Shown: positions 46,277 through 56,247 of the stretch, one piece after another
Layout of the letters: the number at the start of each line of letters is the position of its first letter
Position numbering within the stretch: position 1 is the stretch's first letter
From: an uncultured Lachnospiraceae bacterium
GTDB taxonomy: Bacteria; Bacillota; Clostridia; Lachnospirales; Lachnospiraceae
Direction of reading: 5' to 3'
DNA: 64,000 nt
Assembly: GCA_947630805.1 (NCBI GenBank)
Contig: CANRIV010000008.1
Coordinates: 4,458 to 68,457, forward strand
Notes under the pieces: model-generated
Told to the model about the DNA's origin: nothing
The model's database searches: none
Seen by the model: only the letters and a program-made list of their open reading frames with translations
Made by a program: the position numbers and the translations under genes

Positions 46277-47569
46277 TCATCCCACTTTTAATTTAAATTT
46301 TCTTTCTTCTTTTTCTGAATCTACTTTAGCTATCTCAGCTCCCAGTCCGGCAAGTTTTTCCTCAAATCTCTCATATCCTCTTTGAATATACACGATATCA
46401 TCTATCACAGTAAATCCTTCTGCCGCCAAGCCTGCAATAACCAGTGCGGCTCCCGCCCGCAAATCCGGAGCTGCTACTTTTGCCCCTTCCAGACTTCCTA
46501 CGCCGGTAATAAGGGCGGTATTTCCTTCTACTTTGCTGATAGCACCCATTCTTGCCAGCTCCGCAATATATTTAAACCGATTTTCAAAAATACTCTCTGT
46601 TACGGTACTATTTCCATTAGCCATCGTAAGCACTGCCGTCATCTGTGGCTGCATATCTGTCGGGAATCCGGGATATGGCAGCGTTTTAATATTGGCGCTT
46701 CGGATAAAATCTCCGGCTTTTACCCGGACGGAATCATCATACTCTATTACCGTACATCCCATCTCTATAAGCTTGGAAGAAATACACTCCAAATGCTTTG
46801 GTATTACATTTTTTATTAAAATTTCTCCACCGGTAGCAGCTGCCGCACACATAAACGTACCCGCCTCAATTTGGTCCGGTATCGTAGAATAAACCGTCCC
46901 GTGAAGTTTTTTTACACCGTTAATCCTGATTTTATCTGTACCGGTACCTCTGATATCGGCTCCCATGCTGTTGAGCATATTAGCAACATCTACTACATGA
47001 GGCTCCTTCGCTGCATTTTCGATAACAGTTCTGCCCTCTGCCTTTACGGCTGCAAGCATTACATTAATGGTAGCGCCTACAGACGACACGTCAAAAAAGA
47101 TATGACTGCCCGTCAGGGCATCTGCCTGAGCGTTCAACATACCATGATCCTGTACCACATTGGCTCCCAGTGCACGGAATCCTTTTAAATGCTGGTCAAT
47201 TGGTCTTGCTCCAATCACACAGCCTCCGGGAAGTGCTACTTCTGCACATCCGAATTTTCCCAACAATGCCCCCAGAAGATAATAAGATGCTCTGATTTTT
47301 CTCATCTGCTCTTCTTCAACCACATGGGAGGTAATTGTTTTTCCATTGATAATAACACAATGTCTGTCAACCCGTCTGACCGTGGCACCTATATTTTCTA
47401 TTGCATCGATTAATTGATTTATATCACTAACATCAGGTAAATTTTCTATCGTCACGTCTTCATCTGCCATAATTGATGCGGCAATCAATGCCAATGCAGC
47501 ATTTTTTGCTCCGCTTACTTCGACTTCACCGCGTAAAACTGTGCCGCCCTTTATTATATAACGTTCCAT
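46277..47569 (-). CDS. murA: UDP-N-acetylglucosamine 1-carboxyvinyltransferase
   Basis: SGAKNAAL, PGGCVIGARPIDQH, SVGATIN, YPGFPTDMQ, DLRAGAAL, IQRGYE. Confidence 0.96.
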   Translation of the reverse strand: MERYIIKGGTVLRGEVEVSGAKNAALALIAASIMADEDVTIENLPDVSDINQLIDAIENIGATVRRVDRHCVIINGKTITSHVVEEEQMRKIRASYYLLGALLGKFGCAEVALPGGCVIGARPIDQHLKGFRALGANVVQDHGMLNAQADALTGSHIFFDVSSVGATINVMLAAVKAEGRTVIENAAKEPHVVDVANMLNSMGADIRGTGTDKIRINGVKKLHGTVYSTIPDQIEAGTFMCAAAATGGEILIKNVIPKHLECISSKLIEMGCTVIEYDDSVRVKAGDFIRSANIKTLPYPGFPTDMQPQMTAVLTMANGNSTVTESIFENRFKYIAELARMGAISKVEGNTALITGVGSLEGAKVAAPDLRAGAALVIAGLAAEGFTVIDDIVYIQRGYERFEEKLAGLGAEIAKVDSEKEERKFKLKVG

Positions 47570-47741
47570 TATCCACCTCTGCTATCTATGTAAATTTCAT
47601 TGTGGCAAGCATAAACTTACCACAATTATATCACAATATCTTTCTTTGTAAACCTTATCAAACCACCCTCTATAGTAATATGTTATGACTGAATCTTCAA
47701 GTGGTTACTGAATTTTATTTTACAATACACCGCAATACAAC

Positions 47742-47854
47742 TTTTGAAACGGTATAGGATATAGGATGACCGTTTCAAAACTTTGCTCCGCAAAGCACGC
47801 TCCTATCGGAGCTGGTTAAATACGATTATGAAACACTTGATGTGTTTCATAATC
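47742..47854. repeat. Composite four-hairpin intergenic element (REP/BIME/MITE-like)
   Basis: Hairpins at 47742-47780 (12 bp), 47781-47795 (6 bp), 47799-47812 (5 bp), 47824-47854 (13 bp); four alternating GTTTCAWAA units. Confidence 0.6.
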
Positions 47855-48546
47855 TACTTCAAAAAGGGGAGGGGATTGACCCGCACATGATTTTGAATCA
47901 TTTCAAAGTGCAGATGAGGCCCGGTACTATCTCCTGTACTCCCGCTCAATCCAATCAACTTTCCCTTCCATACCCATTGTCCGGGGGTTACTTTCAATTT
48001 TGACAAGTGGGCATATCGGGTTTGAAACCCGTTTCCATGATTTATCAGAACGTTGTATCCATAGCTTTCACTATAATATGCCAACTCTACCATTCCACCC
48101 TCTGCTGCTGTTACTCTTGTTCCGACCGGCACTGCCCAATCATGTCCCTGATGCGCTGCTATCCTGGATATTTTATCACCAAACCCGGAGGTGGTTACCC
48201 CGCCCTTTATCGGTTTGACAAAAGAAAGCAACGGTAAACTTTCTGTTTCTTTCTCTTCTATGTTTGTATTTGTTACTATATTCTGTGCCGGCAATGCTTC
48301 CACCTGATATTGTACTTCTTCCTCCTCTTTCTGCAGTCGGAGTTTTTTCTCTTCTGACTGGTGCAGTATCCGGACTTCTTCTATTTTCTGGATTTTAACT
48401 GTTGTCTCCTCCACTTTCTTCTCCGCAATAAATTCATAAGCATATATTTCCATGGAAAGCTGAGAAAATAAGATTATTATCATCATTAGTAATAAAAATC
48501 CTGCAACTGGGGCAAAACATCTTTTGCCCGCTTTAATCCATTTCAT
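47854..48546 (-). CDS. Membrane-anchored M23-family metallopeptidase
   Basis: N-terminal TM, coiled region, HQGHD (HxxxD), YAHLS, STGPHLHFE (HxH). Confidence 0.88.
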   Translation of the reverse strand: MKWIKAGKRCFAPVAGFLLLMMIIILFSQLSMEIYAYEFIAEKKVEETTVKIQKIEEVRILHQSEEKKLRLQKEEEEVQYQVEALPAQNIVTNTNIEEKETESLPLLSFVKPIKGGVTTSGFGDKISRIAAHQGHDWAVPVGTRVTAAEGGMVELAYYSESYGYNVLINHGNGFQTRYAHLSKLKVTPGQWVWKGKLIGLSGSTGDSTGPHLHFEMIQNHVRVNPLPFLK

Positions 48547-49067
48547 TTTTTCTGTTTTCTTTCCTCCAATTGATTTACGATTCTGTTTACTGTTTTCTGA
48601 ATTGTACTCTGACGTTCATTGATAGTAATATCCGCATATTTTTCATAGAGGGGGATTCTCTCCTCATACAGATTTTTCAGACTCTGACCTTTCCTCAACA
48701 CAACTCCTCGTTTTTTCAAGCTTCCCAGACGTCTGGAAAGTGCAGGAAGTTCCAGCTGAAGATAAATGATTGTTCCGATTTTGGACAAATGCTCCATCGC
48801 CTCTTTGCCATACACCACACTTCCACCAGTGGCAATCACGGCATTGCGGGGATTTAATGTCCTGTTGACATCATTTTCAATCTGCATAAATTTTTCTATT
48901 CCATCTTCTGCAATAATATCTTTGAGAAGTCTCCCGGTCTGCTCCTGTATTACCAAATCAGAATCAATAAACTGATATCCTAATATTTTTGCAAGTACTA
49001 CGCCGATTGTACTTTTCCCGACTCCCGGCATACCAATTAATACGATATTTTCCTTCGTATCTCTCAT
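48543..49067 (-). CDS. aroK: Shikimate kinase
   Basis: GMPGVGKST, FIDSD, IATGGSVV, ERIPLYEKYAD. Confidence 0.93.
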   Translation of the reverse strand: MRDTKENIVLIGMPGVGKSTIGVVLAKILGYQFIDSDLVIQEQTGRLLKDIIAEDGIEKFMQIENDVNRTLNPRNAVIATGGSVVYGKEAMEHLSKIGTIIYLQLELPALSRRLGSLKKRGVVLRKGQSLKNLYEERIPLYEKYADITINERQSTIQKTVNRIVNQLEERKQKK

Positions 49068-50350
49068 TTTGTTCTCCTTTGTTCTTTCGCATTATCTGTT
49101 CCATGTGTATTGTCACGTTTCAATAAACTGGCTCTTTCCACAACATTCTCCCCATATTTTTCCTTAATCTGGTCCAATGCTTTATCCAATTTTTTTAACT
49201 TATCTCTTGTCACAGACGAAATGCCCGTCTGTTCCATAGTCTCTGAATTTTCTTTTGACAACAGCTGTAAAATAGACATCTGCTCAGGCTCTCCCTCATC
49301 AACAAGGTTTGCCGTCCTTACTCCCAGCAATCTGACCGGTATCCCATTCCATAGTTCCTTAAAAAGGGTTTTCACGATGCCATAAATTTCAGTTCCTGAG
49401 TCTATCGGTATATCTACAGTTGTCTGCCGGGAGGCCTTCGTAAAGTTATTATATTTTACTTCTACAGCCACTGTTTTTGCCATCTGGTGTCCGCTTCTCA
49501 GCCTGCTTCCTACTTTTTCTGAAAGTTTTAGCAGAGTAGCCTCAATTTCTTCTATTTTATCTACATCATGGGATAACGTCGTAGAATTTCCCACACCTTT
49601 TAACTCTTCTATCTGACTGTTGACCGGAGTTTCGTCAATTCCATTTGCATACTCCCACAAGATTCTTCCATGGCTCTTTAGGTGGGATTCCAGAATTTCT
49701 ACCGGACTTTCTGCCAGCTGTCCAATCGTAGAAATTCCAAGCTTATGCAGTATATTTACGCTGGATTTCCCCGCCATAAATAAATCTTCTACCGGAAGAC
49801 CCCACATTTTCTGTTGTATTTCACTTTGATATAACGTGTGCACCCGGTCCGGTTTTGTAAAATCCGATGCCATTTTTGCCAGAACTTTCACATCTGAAAT
49901 TCCTACATTCACAGTAAATCCAAGATTTTCCCGAATTGTATCTTTTATGGCATACGCTCCCTCTATAGGAGAGGGGAATTTGTGTTGTATTCCTGTAAAA
50001 TCTAAATAGCACTCATCAATGCTCACCTGCTCAATATCCGGCGTATAACCTTTTAACAGACGGATAAAGCGTTCACTCTGCATTTCATAATAGTCCCTCT
50101 GCGGGGGAACAATCTCCAGATTCGGGCATTTTCTGAGGGCATTGACGATTGGCTCTCCGGTGACAATTCCATATTTTTTTGCTGCAACCGATTTTGCAAG
50201 TACAATGCCGTGCCTGCTTTTCCGGTCTCCTCCAACAATCGCCGGAATCGTTCTGATATCTCTATCGCTTCCCTCCTCCAGCATTTTCACTGCTGTCCAA
50301 CTGAGATAAGCCGAATTTACATCAATATGAAATATAACTGTATCTTTCAT
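49064..50350 (-). CDS. dinB: DNA polymerase IV (Y family)
   Basis: FHIDVNSAY, SIDECYLD, VLAKMASDFTKP, VRLLGV; start ATG 50350 (SD GGAG). Confidence 0.93.
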   Translation of the reverse strand: MKDTVIFHIDVNSAYLSWTAVKMLEEGSDRDIRTIPAIVGGDRKSRHGIVLAKSVAAKKYGIVTGEPIVNALRKCPNLEIVPPQRDYYEMQSERFIRLLKGYTPDIEQVSIDECYLDFTGIQHKFPSPIEGAYAIKDTIRENLGFTVNVGISDVKVLAKMASDFTKPDRVHTLYQSEIQQKMWGLPVEDLFMAGKSSVNILHKLGISTIGQLAESPVEILESHLKSHGRILWEYANGIDETPVNSQIEELKGVGNSTTLSHDVDKIEEIEATLLKLSEKVGSRLRSGHQMAKTVAVEVKYNNFTKASRQTTVDIPIDSGTEIYGIVKTLFKELWNGIPVRLLGVRTANLVDEGEPEQMSILQLLSKENSETMEQTGISSVTRDKLKKLDKALDQIKEKYGENVVERASLLKRDNTHGTDNAKEQRRTK

Positions 50351-50404
50351 AAGAAACTCCAACTTTACCCTTATACATTTCTACTGTACTTTTATATTTT
50401 GTAT

Positions 50405-50983
50405 TTAATTTTTCTTCCTGCTTTTCTTTTGTACAGAATATCCAAACTTTCCCACCTTTTTTCCCACTCCATAGTACTGACCGTGAGAATATACCAATGG
50501 GTCTGCTTTTGATAAATGAAATTTTCCATTGCGGTCCATATACTTTTTGTCAGCATGAACACAAAGTATTTTTGCCATAAACATATCGTGCGTTCCCAAA
50601 TGCGTCACGTCAACGACCTGACACTCTATATTGACCGGGCTTTCTTTAATCAGGGGTGCTGATACAAATTTTGCCGGCTCTCTCGTAAGTTTTGCAGCCT
50701 CAAACTTATTTTCTTTTTCTCCGGATTTGACACCGCAATAATCTGTCGCATATGCCAGTTGTTCTGTTGTCAGATTGATAACAAACTCCCCTGTCTCTTT
50801 CAGCATAGAGTAGGAATGTCTTGATGGTCTGACAGAGATGTATACCATCGGAGGATCGGAACAGACCGTTCCCGTCCACGCAATTGTCAGCACATTATCA
50901 TTTCCTTTTCCGTCAGATACTGTAACAAGAACTGCCGGAAGAGGATATAGCATATTTCCCGGTTTCCAGATTTCTTTTGCCAT
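50405..50983 (-). CDS. Flavin reductase-like FMN-binding protein
   Basis: YPLPAVLVT, GEFVINL, ESPVNIEC, GTHDMF; start ATG 50983 (SD GGAG). Confidence 0.9.
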   Translation of the reverse strand: MAKEIWKPGNMLYPLPAVLVTVSDGKGNDNVLTIAWTGTVCSDPPMVYISVRPSRHSYSMLKETGEFVINLTTEQLAYATDYCGVKSGEKENKFEAAKLTREPAKFVSAPLIKESPVNIECQVVDVTHLGTHDMFMAKILCVHADKKYMDRNGKFHLSKADPLVYSHGQYYGVGKKVGKFGYSVQKKSRKKN

Positions 50984-51033
50984 ATTTGTCTCCATTCCAC
51001 CGCCTGCTGGCGGCTCAAAATTATAAAAAATTG

Positions 51034-52179
51034 TCATTCATCATCTTTTTTGTTTTTATTCTCCAGTTCTATTTTGCGAATCACAAGCTTGTCCTTTTGT
51101 AATCCATACGTTATGCTAAGCTCTGATTTACAGGTCCCGGAAAGACGATATACATAACTTGTGTAAAGCGCCGTATCCGTAGAGGATACGTAATTATATT
51201 GATAAGAGCATACGACCTGATATGTCTTATCTTTCTGCTGATACCGGATATCATACCCGATTTTTCCAATCTTCATATCAATGACTTTATATTTATCAAT
51301 ATTTTTTCTCTCCGGCCAGTAAACTATTTCCTGAGATTTTTCTACCAGCTCTTTTATCTTTTCTTTTATTTTTTTTGTCGTAAATATCTGCTGCAGTTTT
51401 TTTCTGTCCGGATTTCTGTCCCGGACTGCTTTATAAAACTGGTTAATCACAAGATTTACATTTTCTTTGATTTCTTTTGTATATTTTTCATTCGCGGTCT
51501 TTTTTCCTTTGGTCAAATCTATCCGGGTATCTGCTTTTTTGAGATTCAATGAAGTATTTACAGCATAATACGGGTTTGTAGCGGAAATCTCATAGTCTCC
51601 GAAAAGCGCTCCTTTCATGCGATAAACTTTGTTACCGGATTTGTCCCGGGTAATATCTGCCATTTTTTCCGTAATTGTCTCCCCATTCAGCTGCAGCTGT
51701 TCTTCTGAAGATACCACGACGCTAAAATTTTCTACCATCATCTGTCCGGGGCTTATATAATAATCTGGAACAATCTGAAGTCCTTTGCGCCGTTCCTGGA
51801 TATATATGATAAAGGCACGGCTCTCTTTGGTCTGATTGTTCTCACAATTTACAGTAACTGTAGTTACGCCGTTTTCTTTTTCCGGATTTTTTATTTCATA
51901 AGTATCAATCACATAACTTTCTCTCATCTTACGAATTGTATCGCAAAACATTTTTTTGTTAATATAGTACCCTTCTTCTCTATCCAGACTTTCATACATC
52001 TTATTGTAATCTTTTTGGACAAATGCCCTGAAATACTGCACCGCACACTCTGTGGGATCTGCCTCATGTTGGACATATGCCGCAAACGCACCTACGCCGA
52101 TGCACACTGCAATAAATAAAAGAATACCAAATAAAGAGAGAATTCTACTGTTTTTTATCTTTTTCAGTTTTTCTTTCAT
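51034..52179 (-). CDS. Hypothetical membrane-anchored extracellular protein (381 aa)
   Basis: N-terminal basic stretch + TM, then an NTF2-like start (AVQYFRAFVQKDYNKMYESL); Lys-rich body. Confidence 0.7.
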   Translation of the reverse strand: MKEKLKKIKNSRILSLFGILLFIAVCIGVGAFAAYVQHEADPTECAVQYFRAFVQKDYNKMYESLDREEGYYINKKMFCDTIRKMRESYVIDTYEIKNPEKENGVTTVTVNCENNQTKESRAFIIYIQERRKGLQIVPDYYISPGQMMVENFSVVVSSEEQLQLNGETITEKMADITRDKSGNKVYRMKGALFGDYEISATNPYYAVNTSLNLKKADTRIDLTKGKKTANEKYTKEIKENVNLVINQFYKAVRDRNPDRKKLQQIFTTKKIKEKIKELVEKSQEIVYWPERKNIDKYKVIDMKIGKIGYDIRYQQKDKTYQVVCSYQYNYVSSTDTALYTSYVYRLSGTCKSELSITYGLQKDKLVIRKIELENKNKKDDE

Positions 52180-52329
52180 GTTTTCTCCTTTTTGTGTGGT
52201 GTCACGTACTTTAAATGTTACCCATTATCCTTGATTTTTGCAAGGCTTTTATGTATGATTTATTTATCTATCGAAAGGAATAAAGTCAGTTCTTGTCACA
52301 TAAAACAGTAACCGGCTTTTTTGTTTATT

Positions 52330-53112
52330 ATGGACCAGAAAATATTATTTCAGGAGGCGCTGACTTCTCTGGTAGAGTTTGCCGCCACAAAAGGAAACTA
52401 TATAACACCGGAAGAAATAAATCTTCGAATGAAAGAATTCATTACTTCCGACAGTCAATACCCTTTTATCTACGATTATCTTTTGGCAAACAAAATCACA
52501 GTAGAGGGATACAAGAATATTAAAGATTCTTCCGCACAAAATAAAAAACAGACGGAATCTACGGAAAAAGAATCCACGGAGGAATCCGCTTTTATCGAAA
52601 TGTATTTGTCGGATATCAGCAGCATACCGCCTGCAGAAAACGGAGAGATTGAAGCTCTTCTGGAAAAACTTCTCCATGGAAATACCGATGTTGTCAACCG
52701 TCTGGTAGAATGTCATCTTTCCATGGTGGCAGACCTTGCAAAAAACTACCGTTTGAAAGGGGTCTCTTTTGGGGATTTAATCCAGGAAGGTAATATCGGT
52801 CTGATGATTGGTATTTCTGATTACAATGAGAATTGTGGTGATTTTTCAGATTTTATTTCCAAAAGAATATGCAGAGCGATGGAGGATATCATTCAGGAAC
52901 AGACACACTCGGATCAGATTGGCACACACCTGGCAGATAAATTAAATCAATTAGATCATGTGACAAAACAATTAAACGAAACACTGGGAAGAATTCCTGA
53001 GATTTCAGAAATTTCAGAAATGATGGCCATCCCCGAGGAACAGGTTTCCCTGCTGCTAAAACTCTCCCTGGACACGTTATCCGTCAGTGAGGATGCCCCG
53101 GAAAATAAATAA
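52330..53112 (+). CDS. Truncated, degenerate sigma70-like protein (regions 1.1-like, 1.2, 2, 3; no region 4)
   Basis: FIEMYLSDI (1.2), LVECHLSMVADLAKNY (2.1), GVSFGDLIQEGNIGLM (2.2), LGRIPEISEISEMM (3); ends shortly after region 3.1. Start uncertain (TTG 52321 or ATG 52330). Confidence 0.8.
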   Translation: MDQKILFQEALTSLVEFAATKGNYITPEEINLRMKEFITSDSQYPFIYDYLLANKITVEGYKNIKDSSAQNKKQTESTEKESTEESAFIEMYLSDISSIPPAENGEIEALLEKLLHGNTDVVNRLVECHLSMVADLAKNYRLKGVSFGDLIQEGNIGLMIGISDYNENCGDFSDFISKRICRAMEDIIQEQTHSDQIGTHLADKLNQLDHVTKQLNETLGRIPEISEISEMMAIPEEQVSLLLKLSLDTLSVSEDAPENK

Positions 53113-53141
53113 GGCATTGTACACAAAATTTTGCAATGCCT
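53112..53141. terminator. Bidirectional terminator-like hairpin
   Basis: AGGCATTG / CAATGCCT between convergent genes. Confidence 0.5.
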
Positions 53142-53174
53142 GACAATATTATATGGATAAATTATGCCCGGATT

Positions 53175-53801
53175 TTAATTTTTTCCGGGCATATATTTTT
53201 GAAATATTTTATTAAAAATAATGGAATTCAGATAAGCTCCTCCAGAAAACCAGACCAGAAGTATCAATAAAAGTTCCAAAGAAAAATATTGTCTCAGACA
53301 AACTAGTGAGAAAAATGGAGAAAGGGCAATGAAGACAATCAGGGCAGACCACGGTAGGTGAGCTATCGAAATCAACAGCGCATTTTTAAATGTATTTTTT
53401 ATCTTATTTTCAAATGTGCTCTGCAATGCCATTGTGTAAATCAGCAAAAACAGAACAATGATAACTGCCAGAAGGATAAAAGCTTCATATAAAATCTGCA
53501 GGATATTATTTGAAATAAAAGTACCTGCATACAAATCTGCGGACAATACTCCAATCGCAAGCAACAGCAGAAGCCACATGGCTGTTGCCTGTCCGAAATT
53601 ATTTTTCCACTGTCTGAAAAATTCTGCGACAATATATCCCTCTTTATCTACTGCCATTTTTTTGGTCACTCCATACAGGGCTGTTATGGACGCCCCAATC
53701 GTTACAATGGGAATACAGCACACGATAAACAGAATATTTAATATGACTAAATCTCCAAACTTTGATATTGCGGCAAATAACTTTCCATCAATGCAAAACA
53801 T
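53175..53801 (-). CDS. YesL/DUF624-family membrane protein
   Basis: DLVILNILFIVCCIPIVTIGASITALY, FFRQWKNNF, KNALLI pattern; last gene of the sugar ABC operon. Confidence 0.88.
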   Translation of the reverse strand: MFCIDGKLFAAISKFGDLVILNILFIVCCIPIVTIGASITALYGVTKKMAVDKEGYIVAEFFRQWKNNFGQATAMWLLLLLAIGVLSADLYAGTFISNNILQILYEAFILLAVIIVLFLLIYTMALQSTFENKIKNTFKNALLISIAHLPWSALIVFIALSPFFSLVCLRQYFSLELLLILLVWFSGGAYLNSIIFNKIFQKYMPGKN

Positions 53802-53808
53802 ACGCTTT

Positions 53809-55335
53809 CTATGCTTTTCTCTCCTCCCTCAAAATAGATAATCCGGTATTTCTTCCATATAAAACAGTATCTTTTTTTATTCTCTCCATCAGTTCTTCAT
53901 CCATCTGTGACGGCAAAACTCTCCATTTCCAATTATTTCCCAAAGTAGAAGGCGTATTGATTCTTGCTTCACTTTCGAGATAAAGATAATCCTGTAGCGG
54001 AATAATACATATCTGCGCCACAGAAGCATGGGCAAGCCTTATTATTTCACGGGCATATTGCCGGTTATTTTCGAATTCTTTCCCCACATATTCACAGATT
54101 GCTCTTTTTTCCTCCGGAAGGATTTTTTTCAGCCATCCCATTAAGGTATCATTGTCATGGGTCCCTGTATATACAATACAATTTTTATCATAATTATAAG
54201 GAAGGTATTCTGCAGGTCCCGAAGAATCTTTGGTCTGAAAAGCAAACTCCAGCACTTTCATATTGGGAAATCCGGTATTTTTTACCAATTCTTTTACAGA
54301 GTCTGTGATATAACCCAAATCCTCTGCTATAATAGGTATCTTTCCGAGCCTGTCCCAGACGGCATGAAACAAGTCTATTCCTGGTCCCTTTTCCCAATGT
54401 CCATGGATAGCATCCACAGCATCTGCCGGAATAGAATAATATTCGTCAAAACCTCTAAAATGGTCGATGCGGATTACATCATATAACTGATGAGATTTTT
54501 CTATCCTGCGAATCCACCAGTCATATCCGGTTTCTCTATGATAATCCCATCGATACAGGGGATTTCCCCAGAGTTGTCCCGTATCGGAAAATTCATCCGG
54601 CGGACAGCCGGCTACCGCTTCCGGTTTTCCTGTTTTATCCATTTGAAACAGTTGTGGGTGAGACCATACATCTGCGCTGTCATATGCCACATAAATTGGA
54701 ATATCTCCAATCATACGGATTCCCTTACCATTCGCATATGTCTTTAACGCCTCCCATTGGCAATAAAATTCATATTGAACAAACTCATAAAATTCTATTT
54801 CAAAATAATATTTTTTTTGATAATATTCCATAGAATATTGCCACCGGTATCGAATATCTTCCGGCCATTCATGAAAACTCTTTCCCTGAAATATATCTTT
54901 GACTGCCATAAATAGAGCGTAATCTCTTAACCAATATCTGTTTTCTTCCCTGAATTTGTGAAAGTCTCTATTTTCTGCAATGTTGCTTCTCTCATATGCT
55001 TTTCGAAGAAGCCGAAATCTGTTTTCATATAATTGTTTATAATCGATAGCATCCTGTTGGCTGCACCACTCCGACGCTTCACACTCTTCGGGAGTGAGCC
55101 ATCCATATTTTATCAGCTTTTCCAAACTGATAAAATATGGATTTCCGGCAAAGGTAGAAAAAGACTGATACGGCGAATCTCCAAATCCTGTAGGACCTAT
55201 GGGCAGTATCTGCCAGTAAGTCTGCCCTGCCTTCTCCAAAAAATCAATAAATTTATATGCCTCCTGCGAAAAACAACCGATTCCGTATTTCCCCGGCAGA
55301 CTGAAAATGGGAAGCAGAACTCCACTTGCTCTCAT
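53809..55335 (-). CDS. malQ: 4-alpha-glucanotransferase (GH77)
   Basis: SGVLLPIFSLPG, WQILP, GDIPIYV, GQLWGNP, RIDHFRG, IAEDLG, YTGTHDN, RINTPS. Confidence 0.96.
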   Translation of the reverse strand: MRASGVLLPIFSLPGKYGIGCFSQEAYKFIDFLEKAGQTYWQILPIGPTGFGDSPYQSFSTFAGNPYFISLEKLIKYGWLTPEECEASEWCSQQDAIDYKQLYENRFRLLRKAYERSNIAENRDFHKFREENRYWLRDYALFMAVKDIFQGKSFHEWPEDIRYRWQYSMEYYQKKYYFEIEFYEFVQYEFYCQWEALKTYANGKGIRMIGDIPIYVAYDSADVWSHPQLFQMDKTGKPEAVAGCPPDEFSDTGQLWGNPLYRWDYHRETGYDWWIRRIEKSHQLYDVIRIDHFRGFDEYYSIPADAVDAIHGHWEKGPGIDLFHAVWDRLGKIPIIAEDLGYITDSVKELVKNTGFPNMKVLEFAFQTKDSSGPAEYLPYNYDKNCIVYTGTHDNDTLMGWLKKILPEEKRAICEYVGKEFENNRQYAREIIRLAHASVAQICIIPLQDYLYLESEARINTPSTLGNNWKWRVLPSQMDEELMERIKKDTVLYGRNTGLSILREERKA

Positions 55336-55362
55336 AATATGCCTCCTTTGTATTTAACTGTT

Positions 55363-56247
55363 TTAACCTTTTACTGCGCCTGCCACAACACCTTTAATGA
55401 TATGTTTCTGACATGCAATATAAAATATAATAATTGGAATGATGGCCAGTACAAGCATCGCCATCATTGCGCCCCAGTCCACAGAGCCGTATCCGCCCTT
55501 CAAATACTGAATCGCGATTGGTATGGTCTTATATTCTGTGATATCCAGGACCAGATAAGGAAGAAGATAATCATTCCATATCCACATTGCCTGCAGAATC
55601 GCCACGGTAATACATGTTGGCTTTAAAATGGGAAGGACCACGTGAAAAAATGTCTGAATCGGATTACATCCGTCAATCATTGCCACCTCTTCTATTTCCA
55701 ACGGTATTCCCTTTACAAATCCCACAAACATAAATACAGCCAGACCGGCGCCAAATCCCAGATAAACAATAATCAGACCCGCCGGCGTGGTGAGCCCCAG
55801 CATATCAGAGAGTTTTGACAACGTAAACATAACCATCTGAAATGGTACAATCATAGAAAATACGCAGAGAAAATATAATCCGGAAGTGAATATATTTTGA
55901 ACTCTCGCAATATACCATGCACACATCGATGTGCAGATAATGATTACAAACACAGAACAGACTGTAATAAAAAGTGAATTTTTAAACGCGTCAAAAAAAC
56001 CGATGGTCTCTATTCCTCTCGTATAATTTTCCCATTGGACAAAAGTTTCTTTTGTGGGAAATGTAAACGGAGTCAAATTAATAAACGATTTCATTTTAAA
56101 AGAATTCATAAGGACAATAAATATCGGACTGACAAATATCACTGCAATGACTGAAAAAATAATCGTCCAAATCCACCCGTTTTTTGCCTCATTCTCCTCT
56201 TTTGCATTTACAACAGATTTTTTCTGCCCGGAATATTCTTTTTCCAT
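55363..56247 (-). CDS. Maltodextrin ABC permease (MalG-like)
   Basis: EIEEVAMIDG, WIWNDYLLP, six TMs. Confidence 0.92.
   Translation of the reverse strand: MEKEYSGQKKSVVNAKEENEAKNGWIWTIIFSVIAVIFVSPIFIVLMNSFKMKSFINLTPFTFPTKETFVQWENYTRGIETIGFFDAFKNSLFITVCSVFVIIICTSMCAWYIARVQNIFTSGLYFLCVFSMIVPFQMVMFTLSKLSDMLGLTTPAGLIIVYLGFGAGLAVFMFVGFVKGIPLEIEEVAMIDGCNPIQTFFHVVLPILKPTCITVAILQAMWIWNDYLLPYLVLDITEYKTIPIAIQYLKGGYGSVDWGAMMAMLVLAIIPIIIFYIACQKHIIKGVVAGAVKG

Noticed and set aside
47854-48546. SpoIIQ ortholog
   Set aside because: It has TM + M23, but no spoIID/spoIIID neighbours or clear sigF promoter; left as a generic M23.
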